From the IMG/VR virus record IMGVR_UViG_3300027566_000003: a DNA stretch of 64,000 bases, one strand, 5' to 3'. Position 1 is the first letter of the stretch. Every line of letters starts with the position of its first letter. This document shows, piece after piece, positions 42,370 through 54,344 of this stretch. The translations under genes were made by a program, and so were the position numbers. Below the pieces are notes generated by a model. It searched no databases. It was not told the origin of the DNA and worked only from the letters and a program-made list of their open reading frames with translations. Source of the stretch: a virus (Duplodnaviria > Caudoviricetes).

Positions 42370-44023
42370 TTATACACAATTCTTTTCTATCCAATCTTTA
42401 ATAACACTTGGTGTTACTGCAAACATATATCCATTATCAAACGATTCCCAAGATACTCCACTTATCTCAGATTTGTCCGTTAAATATTTTTTACCTTGGG
42501 GATTCTTTATTATAACAGTACCCTTCACATATCTCCATAACCATATACCATTATCTAAAACTAATTTTCTCATAATTAATCACTCCTCACTATCACCAAG
42601 CATTTTAAATTCTTTCTGCAACCCCTCTAGTCCTGCTGAAGTAACCTTATGCATAACAAAACCTTCAAATTCACCTTTCGCTTCAAGCACAGTTTTGTCC
42701 ATTTGCTCATTAAAACTACTTTGAATAAAAGGAACGTTACTTTCAATTTCTTGTCGCAACATCTTAATGCCACTGAGTATCGCTTCTTTATCTGCTTTTG
42801 TTGGTGCTTTTTTCTCACTCAATAACGCTTCAGCTTGCTGAGTAAGCATCCTAAGTGACTTTCCGATCTTTAGCATTTCTTTTTCAAACTCTTTCTCAAA
42901 TTCCTGCCGTTTATCAAATTGTGGGCAGTCTTCAATCATTCTACCATCTAATCGTCTAAGTGTGACAGGTACTCCATCTCCCACATTCATTGAAGTAATC
43001 GCCTCTGTAAATTGTGAATATGACATTTCAACTTCAATATAAGGTTTTGTATTAGCATGAAACCAATCCCTATTTAACATTCGATCAATTTTTGCAGGAG
43101 CAATTTTGAGTTTAATTGTGTGACTATGTTGAATAGAACTTCCAAATAAATTCTGGCTAGAACTACATGAACTCCTTGCGAGTCCTAACATTGCAAAACT
43201 TTCATGTTCAATAGTTGTACGATCATCCATGATATTTGACCTTCTTTCTTTAAATATTTTTAAACTTAATATTGCTCGGTATATTTAGTGATAATCATGC
43301 TTTCTAATTAATGAAGTTCTTTCTTGTTCAAACCGTTCTCTTAACATATATACCACACCTTTCAATTTTTAAATAATTTCCCCCTAAGTTCATTTCCTTG
43401 GGGGTCGGAGCGTCTTCATCTGTGATACACCAGATGTTGCCCATAACACTTAACTGTCTTATATTAGTCAGATATAAGATTAGCTCACCTTTCACATCTC
43501 AGTACGGGTGATTTGGGCAAATGTAATTTTCTATTTTAAAAAATCTAACACATTCCCAACATCGACAGATAAAATATCTGATATTTTATTCCACTCTACA
43601 AATTCCGTGTCAAATTCTTCATCTTCTGTGTAAAATAAACCTTCTGGAACAATACTTGTGATTACGCCTGAATGTTTATATGCACCACTATTAATAAACG
43701 TGATATTCGCTCCAATAAAGATTATGAATGATTTGTTTTCTTCAGGAACAGTTATAATTCTACAATCTCTCATAATTACTGTTTTCATCCTAACATTCCT
43801 CCTCTAAAATATCTTTCAATTCCTCAATCACACTTTGAATCCTCATAATCGTCACATGTGGTAATACACCATGTTTATCGCTCGATAATTCTAAAAACTC
43901 AATGGCCTTTCTGATAAATGCGATATCGCTTTCTCTTACCATTATTATACACTCTCCTCCCAAATAAATCAATAGTTTAGAATATTTTATTTTCCACTTT
44001 ATTATACTACCACAGAAAAACAA
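42370..44023 (-). other. hypothetical genes (42370-42573, 42580-43230, 43531-43788 and a short ORF near 43790)
   Basis: ORF track; RBS present. Confidence 0.65.
43380..43520. ncRNA. candidate structured RNA or attenuator in an intergenic region
   Basis: Five stems: CCCCTAAG/CTTGGGGG, CATCTG/CAGATG, TTGCCCA/TGGGCAA, TCTTATAT/ATATAAGA, TCACC/GGTGA. Confidence 0.5.
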
Positions 44024-44384
44024 ATATTACAACTATTCTTCATCAATTATTCTCATAATTTTATGTCCATATTTTCTACAATGACTAATTGCCTCATCTC
44101 TGAAATAAAAAGCATCGATCCAAACATCAGTGTCATACATTTGAAACAGGAAAATGATTATGGGTAATTCAAATCCGAACCTCTGCACACGCTAAAGCGT
44201 GGCAGGTTCTTATGTACTCATGAATTTCTTTTATACTCTCATTTATAGGTATTGTACTCATCTATAAACTACAACATATAAATACTAATCATTTTCCATA
44301 AGAATTTCACTAACAATTAGTCCATTAACTAAATTGGCGTTAGTATCAAGCCCGATTCTCGACTTGTTTTTAATATCTAATATT

Positions 44385-45837
44385 TTAAAATATATTCCTT
44401 AACATTATTTTCAACTCTGAATTTTTTAATCGCTCTATCTCAATATCATGTAAAACTTTAAAGCTTTGAAATTTCTCAAAACATAAATCCCTATTAATTG
44501 TTTCTAAATCATCATTAACATTCATAATAAGAAAACTGCTATATAAGTCTCTCTGTATCTTAAATTCACAAAAATCATTCCATCTTTCGTCTAGTTCCTT
44601 TTTTTGTGAATTGGTCATTAATATGATTATATTGACTAGCTTTCACTTTCCAAGTATCAATTTTCTTTAAATTCTTATCAATCCATTTTAATTTATTGTC
44701 CAATATAGTCAAAAACATAGCTGGTGCTTTATTTGCTAATGATTTTCCAAATCTTTTTTTCTTGTTAAACTTACCTGTCTTTTTATCGACAGTAGTATTC
44801 TTAGCTCTAGCTTGTAACCCCTTGTAGCTCATTGTCTCAACCTTAATATCATTACCCAATGTTAAAATATAATTAGCAAGTCGATTATGAGATTGCTTTC
44901 TAATTTCTCTTTGCTTTCGTTGCAATTCTTTTAACTTCATTTGAGTTTTTATATAATGATTGGATTTGATCCATTTGTTTTTATCTTTGGTATTAATTGT
45001 ACCGTTATCGTTAAACTTATTAGGATTAGTAGAACGTCTGGAACGATCCATTTTTCTTTGTAATACTCTCTTTTGCTTTTCAATATTTTGTACTTCTGGA
45101 ACTAATTCAAGTAATTTGACTTCACTATTAGAACAATAAGCTACAGTTTGGGTTCCAATGTCTAAACCAACTACACCATCATTATTATAATGTTTAATTT
45201 CGCCTGTATCTTTGTTGATCTTTATTGGAGGAATTCCATCTAAAACTAACTGAACATAATAATGATATTTACCTTTAATTATTTCTCGTTTAATACGGCA
45301 ATATTTTACTCTATTTTGTAAAGACATATGAACATATATATCATTCTTCTTGATGATCACAGGAATTTTTAGTCCTGCAAACAATATATTATTATCTCTA
45401 AACCTAATACCTTGTTTATTAGTTTTTCCTTCAATGGAATTTAATTCACCATAAGACTTATATTTAATCTTTTTAGCTTTATGAAATATTAATCCTTGGA
45501 AAGCATTAAATGCTCTTGTAGCAATTTTTTGAACAGTCATAGCATCAATATTAAAATATTTTCCCATTGGTTTAATAAAGTCATGAAGTGAATACTCTGT
45601 TAATTTATACTTTTTGTTCAAAGTATTAAATATTTTATTTCTATCTTTACCTTTATATTTACAATTCTTTTGGTATTCTTTAGATTCTCTCATATGGTTA
45701 TATCTTTTATGCAATTCAGTAATGCAAGCATTATAAATTTTTCTACATTTCTCAAAATTCTTATCCAAGACATCATCTTGAAATTTTTCTGTTTTTAGTG
45801 GAAGAGTCAAAACAAAATTAGACAGAGTATTCACCAC
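44385..45837 (-). pseudogene. tnpB: TnpB RNA-guided endonuclease with a +1 frameshift in an A7 run (44599-44605)
   Basis: VGLDIGTQT (RuvC-I), IKVETMS (RuvC-II); QRDLYSSF (RuvC-III) lies in a different frame. Confidence 0.82.
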
Positions 45838-45882
45838 CTTTCATTAATTTATTATATCATGTTTGTATATTAATTACAAAAA

Positions 45883-46047
45883 TTATTTTCCTTGATTTTC
45901 AATATATTGTTTAACTGTTTCCAATGATACACTACCAACCGTACTAACAAAACTACTTCCACTCCAGAACTTTCCACCCCATAATTTAGTTTTTCTAATA
46001 TGAGGAAATTCCTCAAACAATCTGTAAGCATTTTCTTGTTTTAGCAT
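45883..46047 (-). pseudogene. tnpA: C-terminal remnant of a Y1 transposase
   Basis: LFEEFPHIRKTKLWGGKFWSGSSFVSTVGSVSLETVKQYIENQ; the HUH region is missing. Confidence 0.8.
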
Positions 46048-46196
46048 AAGCTAAGGCTTAGCAGTTATGTTTCATTTGTATGAATAATTTCTACTTGCAT
46101 GATTTACACCTCTTGTATTCTATTATACTCCTATTTATTTAATTTTTCTACTGTTAAAATTTATATATTTAATTTAAAATGCGTGTTTGAATTGAT

Positions 46197-46985
46197 TTAT
46201 AAATATTTCTCGATATATTCCCTGTCTTGTGTAAAAATAGGAATATTTTCATCAATTACCCACCTGCTTCGCATAATCCCTTCTTTATCATATTGCTCTT
46301 TTACAATACAAATTCCACGCTTTTGATAAGTTGGCAAATCATTAAAGTTAATTTCTTTCTCTTGAAATAACATCTCTTGAATTTGATTACATGTTTTATT
46401 TTGTAGTTGTTTGTGACTAAAGTTTGCCTGACCAACCATTTGTATAGCATTCCTAGTTGCGTCTTGTTGTCTCCAAATAAAAGCGTTGCATACTTCCTCT
46501 TTTGGAATATTATAAACTCTACTATCAAACATTGCAGTTCCGACTCTTGAATAATATCTTTCCCATTGCCTACCTTCCTCGCCACTATTGACTTCAAGAT
46601 TATTTACTTTTTCTCTAAAACCTTCATTAAAAGCCATAGTTGCCATACTTGCAGAGATAGAAACCATCTTTTGTATGTTTTTATCAAACCATGCTTGAGT
46701 AGTAAGAGCATCGTAATCAGTAATTAGTAAAGTTATTTCATCACTTTGAGTATACGCAATTTTACAACCCATAACATTCTTACAAAGATACTGTGCTGTT
46801 TCCCACATACTATTCATTAATATCATATCAAATGGTCTTTGGAATCCTTTAGTGAATGTATGAAATGCTTTGCCATCAAGTCTGATTAATGTAGGCATTC
46901 TTTTTGTTAGATGTTTTCTCTCAATATTTTCATAACCCTTCATTCTATCTCCAAGATTATCTTTGCTCATTTTTATCTCCTCCAT
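46197..46985 (-). CDS. thg1: tRNA(His) guanylyltransferase Thg1-like protein
   Basis: RLDGKAFHTFT, AYTQSDEITL, FDSRVY, WRQQDATRN. Confidence 0.92.
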   Translation of the reverse strand: MEEIKMSKDNLGDRMKGYENIERKHLTKRMPTLIRLDGKAFHTFTKGFQRPFDMILMNSMWETAQYLCKNVMGCKIAYTQSDEITLLITDYDALTTQAWFDKNIQKMVSISASMATMAFNEGFREKVNNLEVNSGEEGRQWERYYSRVGTAMFDSRVYNIPKEEVCNAFIWRQQDATRNAIQMVGQANFSHKQLQNKTCNQIQEMLFQEKEINFNDLPTYQKRGICIVKEQYDKEGIMRSRWVIDENIPIFTQDREYIEKYL

Positions 46986-47056
46986 ACTTCCATTTACTCA
47001 TTCGTTCTCTATCTTTCAATATCTAAAAGACTATAAAATATCTATTTCGAAGTGTA

Positions 47057-47811
47057 TTATTTTCTGATTGTTACTCCAATTAAACCTTTAATAATTTCTT
47101 CCTTTTCTTTAGTATAAATTCTTTTTAATTCTAATTCATAATTAATTGTATTAGTCTCAAGAAAATCAATAAATTTTCTATCAAATTCCATTCCGTCTTT
47201 AACTTCAATTGTAATATTGACATTATATTTTTCTATTTGATTGTTTTTAGTTTCATCAAATTTCTCTAAACAACTTTCTAACCAGGCGTTTCCCCACGAA
47301 CCACTTTTCTCATCAATTTTAAGTTTGTAACACAATGGATAACTACTACTAAGTTGTTCAATAATTCCAATCTTTCCTATGTTGTCATGATTCATTGCGT
47401 CTATTATTTTAACTTTATCTCCTACTTTAAATTTATGCATTGATAACACTTCCTTTGCTATTTTTATAACATAAAACTCTACTTTCGTATGCTTTCCCAT
47501 TTACCAATAGGACAATCTGGAAAATCCCCTTGATGACTAATCGCCCAATTTAAGTCACTGAAAATCATCTTATTATTTTGTAATTTACAATGATAATCTA
47601 TTGAATCAATTGTTCCTGTTTCATAAACTATCGTATAAGAGTGTAAACAATTATAGCATAACTGTGGCTCTAAATAATGTTCACATATAATTTCTTTTGG
47701 TATGAATTTATTTTGTTTATTACAAAAAGAATAAAACTCCCATATACCATTTTGTTTATCATACTCATCTTTAAAATATCTGCATTCTTTATCAGAACAA
47801 GTTTCTTCCAA
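47057..47811 (-). other. two hypothetical genes
   Basis: ORF track 47057-47500, 47479-47811. Confidence 0.6.
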
Positions 47812-48015
47812 CTTATTTTACCTCCAATTCCATCGAAACTTTTGATTTATCCCCTAACCTAATCTCATAATTAACTCAAATATATTTTTACACTTTTTAC
47901 ATTTAATCCTTATCATTTCACTTGTTTTCAATGGGTCATTATTTAGATTTTCATAAGTTTGGACTGTATCACAATCCGCACAAATCCATTCTAATTTTAT
48001 CATTCTTTTCACTCC

Positions 48016-48453
48016 TTATTGCATATTAAATAAAATATTTATCAATTTATCCCTAGCATTCCCATACTTAACCATACGATCATAATCTTTCCCAGTTGGA
48101 TTCTTGATTCTAGACATATTCATATTGTCCTCTAAATCTGCTAACTTAACATTAATAGCTAATTCATCCTGACTTATGCGATCAATATAATCATCATAAC
48201 TCTCGTTTTTACGTCTAGTCAAAGTTAAAATATGATTAACTAATTCATAATCCAATCCTTGATTTAACAAATCTTGGTCTGTTAATTTTGTGTCCTCAAT
48301 AATATCATGCAGCACAGCAATAATTCTTTGTTTCTCATCTTTAAGTTTCATCATAACTCTTAATGGATGCAAAATGTAAGGTTCGCCACCTTTATCCAAT
48401 TGCCCTTCATGTGCTAAAGATGCTATTGAAATTGCTTGTTCTAAAGTCATCAT
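48016..48453 (-). CDS. stand-alone RelA/SpoT-type HD hydrolase (small alarmone hydrolase-like)
   Basis: AHEGQLDKGGEPYILHPLRV, AVLHDIIEDT, VKLADLEDN. Confidence 0.8.
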   Translation of the reverse strand: MMTLEQAISIASLAHEGQLDKGGEPYILHPLRVMMKLKDEKQRIIAVLHDIIEDTKLTDQDLLNQGLDYELVNHILTLTRRKNESYDDYIDRISQDELAINVKLADLEDNMNMSRIKNPTGKDYDRMVKYGNARDKLINILFNMQ

Positions 48454-48458
48454 TATAT

Positions 48459-49563
48459 TTAATCCACCTCTCCAATCATAATATTTTCCATTAATTCTAC
48501 CACTTCATCCTCAGAATATCTATCAAAAAGATAATACATTTCTCTATCTAAACTATCTAATATATTCTTGTTATTTTTCGCTTTAATGATACCTGCTTTG
48601 ATTAAATTGTTGAGTGCCACCATCGCATATGCTTGTGCTTCAGAATTTGTCATTTGAATATCCTCCTTTTATTAATTTTAAACTAAATCAAAATCTCCTT
48701 TTATGCTATAAATTAAAATAATCCCCAAATAAATCTACCCTAATATGGTTGTAATTTCTTCAATGCTTTTTTCGGTACAATACAATTAGTAAATTCACCT
48801 TCACCGTATTCGCTTAATTTGATACCAAATCCTTCAAGTAAGATTTTATCATCTTTATTACACGCTATCCATCCTTTTAACATAAATTCAATAAACATTA
48901 ATATAATAATTTTCAAGGAAATCATCAATTAGCATTTTCCAATGGTTATTATAACCATGTTTATTATATAATTTATCCTCGATATTTACTTCCCACAAAT
49001 TTACTTTTGCACAGTTTGATACCCAGTCTGATTTTTCGATAAATTTGGTCAAATATCTTCTACCAAAGACATCAAGTTTTGTTTTATCTTGTATATTTCC
49101 TAGATACTCTTTCATGCAAAACTTTTTTAATTCTATAGGGATGTATATCTCAATAAATTCTGTGTCAATATCTTTTAACTCTCTGCAATAAAAATTTTCT
49201 TTCCGATCAAATATTTTAGCTTTATTAATATCATTTGTAAATATTAGAACATTTTCATCTCTTAATAATATTTTATTAATGTTCTCATTTATGTAACCAT
49301 TTATTGTATGACAATAATACATTTTACTCCTCCTTAAAACACATAAAAAGCAAGATTTGCTGGTATTATTTTAAATCAATATTTCTTACTCCTAAAATTT
49401 CCATTGCATCTTGTATTTCAAAATCTTTCAAAAACCCTCTTTTAAAATCTACATCTTCAATCATAGATTCCTCTGATTCATACCAACTATAACCAAAATC
49501 AGTCATTCCTTCATTGTTTTCATAGGAATAAGTTATTAGAAAATTATTATCCACATAATTCAC
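48459..49563 (-). other. short hypothetical genes
   Basis: ORF track. Confidence 0.55.
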
Positions 49564-49566
49564 TCC

Positions 49567-49743
49567 TTATACTCTCATATTCCATTTATCAATAGCATCA
49601 TTTTCTGTTGCTCCATTATTCCCGTCTACCCATGCACCTTCAGCACCACAAGACTGACATTCTATCCACATAGAACCCCAACCACCTTCTTCTCTAAATT
49701 CACCTTCGCCTCCACAAAATGGACATGGTTTAATTTCTTTCAC
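49567..49743 (-). CDS. Lar-family restriction-alleviation protein
   Basis: Manual translation: KPCPFCGG...IECQSCGA...AIDKWNMR. Confidence 0.75.
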   Translation of the reverse strand: MKEIKPCPFCGGEGEFREEGGWGSMWIECQSCGAEGAWVDGNNGATENDAIDKWNMRV

Positions 49744-50511
49744 TTATACCATTCCTTTCTAAAATACTAGGAAAATATAATTTTATCCTACTTTTCAATC
49801 TCTAATAAGTGGTATTCCATATTTCTCTTTCCAATATTCTACTTGATTTAACGCCTCTGGTTTAGAATACACGTAAACTGCATCGCCAATCTGATTACCT
49901 TCTTCATCTTTTATTCTAACTACCCACGATCTTTCTGAACGAAAGTGCCACATATCAATACTAAATGGTTTTGCATTATGATATTCTATTTCTGTGTCAA
50001 CACTGTCTAGAAATTTCATGTGGTACTCATCTCCTTTAAATTAATAACACTCTGTCCAATGTTCTCCGGTTTCCTCTCCCCATTGTGAACGATGGTCAAG
50101 TAAATCGCCCTGCATATTATAATCACTATCGCATTTATCACAAGTGTTTGTAAAACTACTTAGAACAACTTCTTCTCCACATGAACATTTACCAATAGCT
50201 GGTTCAGTATAACTCCACTTGTCTTTCTGTATTCCTTCGGCAATTACATCATATTCACCATTAATACATTTTTGGTAATTCTCTTTATTTGCATCTGTTA
50301 ATAATACATTGCCTTTTTCATCACAGTCAAAGTTAAATCCACTACCAGGAGTATCACTCCACTCAAATGATAAATAATACCGAACATTAGTTTTTCTTTC
50401 ACGCTGTTTAATGATTTTCATATGTATTACCTCCTAGATTTTCTTCTTGACAATAGTATATACCCTATCACAATTGAATGCAATAGGGTATAAATAATTA
50501 TTTTATGTTTA

Positions 50512-51912
50512 TTATGTATTCGAAAATAGTGCCTTGAATATTTCTTCTAAGACATTAACCACAATACTATTTCCAGCCATCTTATATATTTGACTATTTG
50601 AAATACCGCTATCTTTTAATATGTAATAATCTTCATCATCAAAACCCATAAGCCGGAGGCACTCCAAAGGAGTTAGTTTTCTAATTCTATATGTATTTTC
50701 TAAATATAATCCAGTATTACTACCCAAACCTCCTCCATTAGTTTTCTGACAACATGCAATTCCTTCACTATCATAAACTCTATATCCTTCTTTATAATTT
50801 CTACTTAAATTATTTTTATCTTCTATCCATTTTTCTGTTGTATCAATACCTCCAACAAATTTTAATTCATTGTTTTCGAGTATCTTTGGTTGCCTGTTCC
50901 CTCCTGTCATTGTATTAAGCGTAGGACTTAACCCATCTGGGTCATACACCCTTCTTATTTGCTCGTTTCCTTTTATATCTAACATTCCAACTTGCATAAT
51001 CCCTGTTCTGGCGGCGTGATTGTCCAATCCTTTACCATAATTAGCATCAATACAACTACAAATATCATCTTCTTTTATTTTTACTGTTCCATGATTTATT
51101 TGCATTGCTACTTGTGGTGGTTCTTTATACATAGAAGAAGTTAAAGTGCAACATAATCCATCATCTCTTATTTGAGTATCTTGCATTTTTGTATTTACAC
51201 AAACCATATCCCACTGATGTCTATCTAATGACCCTCTTCCTCCAGACCGTACAGTATTAGAAAATTCTTTTTCTTTTAATTGTTCAACTAATTTTTCAGT
51301 CTTATCTTGATTTATATAATATTTTTCATCTACATCAGGTTCGAGTAAATCCCTTAATCTTAAACCGTTATCAAATTCTTTTGGAAAATTGAATTTTTGT
51401 ATTACATCCTTACGTATACTAATAATAAAAATTCTTTCTCTATTTTGTGGTATTCCATGATTTTTTGCATTCAATATTTGTTTATAATTTACATATCCAG
51501 CTTCTTCAAGACTGTTTAACATTTCTTTGAATTCATTTTTAAATTTCTTTTGGGTTAAACCTTTAACATTTTCCATTATACAATATTTTGGTTTCTTCTC
51601 TTTAATAATTCTCAACGCATCGAAAAACAATATTCCTCTTTTATCTTCAAATCCTAGCTGCTTTCCGGCATTACTGAATGCTTGGCATGGGGGCGAGTAA
51701 CATATCATATCACAATCTGGCAATGACCTTTCATCAAGTGTAGTGATATCTGTTACTTGATAGTTTGAATTATGTATTACATTATAACTTTTTATTGTTT
51801 TTTTATCTTTTTCTATTGCAGATACAACTTCATAGTTTACATTTAATCTATCTAATGCTTTGGAATATGCTCCTATTCCAGCAAACAATTCTATAACTTT
51901 TAACTTTTCCAA
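50512..51912 (-). CDS. C5-cytosine DNA methyltransferase with an expanded variable region
   Basis: ELFAGIG, SPPCQAFS, MENVKG, PQNRER, RKLTPLECLRLMGF, MAGNSI. Confidence 0.95.
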   Translation of the reverse strand: MEKLKVIELFAGIGAYSKALDRLNVNYEVVSAIEKDKKTIKSYNVIHNSNYQVTDITTLDERSLPDCDMICYSPPCQAFSNAGKQLGFEDKRGILFFDALRIIKEKKPKYCIMENVKGLTQKKFKNEFKEMLNSLEEAGYVNYKQILNAKNHGIPQNRERIFIISIRKDVIQKFNFPKEFDNGLRLRDLLEPDVDEKYYINQDKTEKLVEQLKEKEFSNTVRSGGRGSLDRHQWDMVCVNTKMQDTQIRDDGLCCTLTSSMYKEPPQVAMQINHGTVKIKEDDICSCIDANYGKGLDNHAARTGIMQVGMLDIKGNEQIRRVYDPDGLSPTLNTMTGGNRQPKILENNELKFVGGIDTTEKWIEDKNNLSRNYKEGYRVYDSEGIACCQKTNGGGLGSNTGLYLENTYRIRKLTPLECLRLMGFDDEDYYILKDSGISNSQIYKMAGNSIVVNVLEEIFKALFSNT

Positions 51913-51990
51913 TGTATTTTAATCCCTCTTTCTTATATTATTATATTTATACAATAAAGTATGAATATTATCGGAAATTTATTTTATGTA

Positions 51991-52723
51991 TTAACCATTT
52001 CCAGCAAACTCACCATACAATTCTTGTCTCATCCTTTTAGCATATGCTCCGGCTTCTTCTAACTGGTTTTTCTTAAACCTCTTTAAACAAGTATTTTTGC
52101 CATCTACCATAAGTTGAACAGACCACCCACTTCCATTCCAAGAGACGTTGCGATGACCAGATTTATTATTAGAATTTTTACCACTTCTATGTGTATCATT
52201 TGGTCCAATAACCGTAATTCTTAAATTTTCTTTTCTATTATCTAAGGTATCGTGATTCCAATGATCTACTGTAATATTAGGATCTGTTACATTCATAATA
52301 AATCTTGCCAAATAAATAGTTTTATGTGTTTTCTCGCCATCTGTTTCTTCATATAAAGTGTACGCAGAATAATATGTTTTTGTACATGGTTTATAATGAG
52401 TATTCCACATGTAATTAACTTCTTTTAATCTTTCAATTTCGTCTGCGTCTACTATTATTTCATGTATATCTCCATTTCTTTTTTCAAAATAAAGTGTTGC
52501 CACTTCTCCTTCAATTTTGTAACTATTGAATCCTTTATTATTCTTCTTTATACATCCTACACGACCCCTTGCCTCCTAGTAATTCTTTTGCTGTAGTTAT
52601 GTAATTTTTATTTCCACATTTACATTCGCATCTATAATATTCTGCTGTTTTATGTTTCTTACTATAATCTCTTTCAATAACTGTTAATCTACAAAATTCC
52701 CTACCAATTAAATTTTCTATAAT
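51991..52723 (-). pseudogene. HNH-AP2 homing endonuclease split by a +1 frameshift at 52558
   Basis: Upstream piece LIGREFCRLTVIE...CECKCGN...SC; skipping one A gives SCGCIKK...IEGEVATLYF, continuous with VDHWNHDTLDNRKENLR and AP2. Confidence 0.75.
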
Positions 52724-52756
52724 TAATCAATCTCCTTTATTATATTTCATTTTTGA

Positions 52757-53258
<502 letters not shown>

Positions 53259-53774
53259 TTATTTCCTCTTTCTATTATTTATTTATTACTTCCGATCAAT
53301 TCTGGTTTTTATTGCAATTGTTCATCATACTCTTCTTCTTTACAAAAATAATCACTCGCTCAATATCTTTTATATTCTATTTCAGGGACTATTAATCTGT
53401 AATCATTTCCGTAATTAGTTTTCTGCTTGATTATTTCCAACGAACGACTATTTGTGGCATCAGTATTATAATTAATCATAAATCCTAATATAAGAATTTG
53501 TTTCGCAATATCATCAGAAATATTTTCAAATCTATTTTCACATAGTTTGTCGCAAATATATTTGGTTTTATCATCAAATCCATCTGTATAATCAACAGTA
53601 GTATAACCCCACACATATTTACCACTAGGAAATCCATTTTTAAACATAACATATACATAAAAATGATATTTTTTATTTGAATCACCATTTTTATGCAAAG
53701 ATATTTTTAATGTCTCTTCATCAGGAAAATATGAAAACAATTTATTTATTTCATTTAACATCTTTACATCCCCT

Positions 53775-54344
53775 TTATTGTTTGTTACTCAACAACTCAT
53801 AACTATCAATACCATACCTATCTCTAATAAATCCAAAATACCTATTATATGTATCTTCATCATCCATATTTGCAAAATCTTCTAATGTATGACCATAATT
53901 ACATGCTAAACTATCATTCAGATTCAGCATCATTTCTAATATCATTCTGGTTTCATATTCCAATTTAATCTTTCTATAATTATTTAAATAATACTCCTGT
54001 GCTGAACCTCCAAACTTTAAACTCATAACCTCCCAATCAGATATCATTTGTCTTAAATAACGATCAGGGATCGGTTTAGGTTTGCCATTTTCATCTAACC
54101 AGTGATCCCAATGATGAGGATTGTTTTTGTAATGATGTTCCCATGCTTTATCAAATTCTTCTTTAAATTCATCTTTGTTTATGTAAAAATATTTTGCATA
54201 TGCTACAAACTCTTGTGGACTGAATTTACTTAAATCATGGGTGATGGCGTGTTTGTATAGCCCCTTCGACCAACAAATTTTAAATATATTCTTCTTGTGT
54301 TCTAATACATATTTAAAGTAATCCCAATATGGTTTAATATTCAT
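53775..54344 (-). CDS. DUF5662-like HD-related protein
   Basis: HDLSKFSPQEF...AWEHHYKNNPHHW...EMISDW pattern. Confidence 0.65.
   Translation of the reverse strand: MNIKPYWDYFKYVLEHKKNIFKICWSKGLYKHAITHDLSKFSPQEFVAYAKYFYINKDEFKEEFDKAWEHHYKNNPHHWDHWLDENGKPKPIPDRYLRQMISDWEVMSLKFGGSAQEYYLNNYRKIKLEYETRMILEMMLNLNDSLACNYGHTLEDFANMDDEDTYNRYFGFIRDRYGIDSYELLSNKQ

Larger units (their letters stand above)
44176..46066 (-). mobile_element. non-autonomous IS200/IS605-family element (left-end hairpin, tnpA remnant, tnpB, right-end/omegaRNA region)
   Basis: Subterminal hairpins at 46044-46064 and 44177-44209 share the CTGC-xxxGC-yTTA-GCxxx-TGC architecture. Confidence 0.8.

Noticed and set aside
43485-43511. 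Hammerhead ribozyme (CTGAGA...GAAA on the minus strand)
   Set aside because: The core lacks the N7 position, stem II, stem I and a UH cleavage site
44176-46066. IStron (group I intron-IS chimera)
   Set aside because: The left-end hairpin abuts the tnpA remnant with no room for a group I intron core
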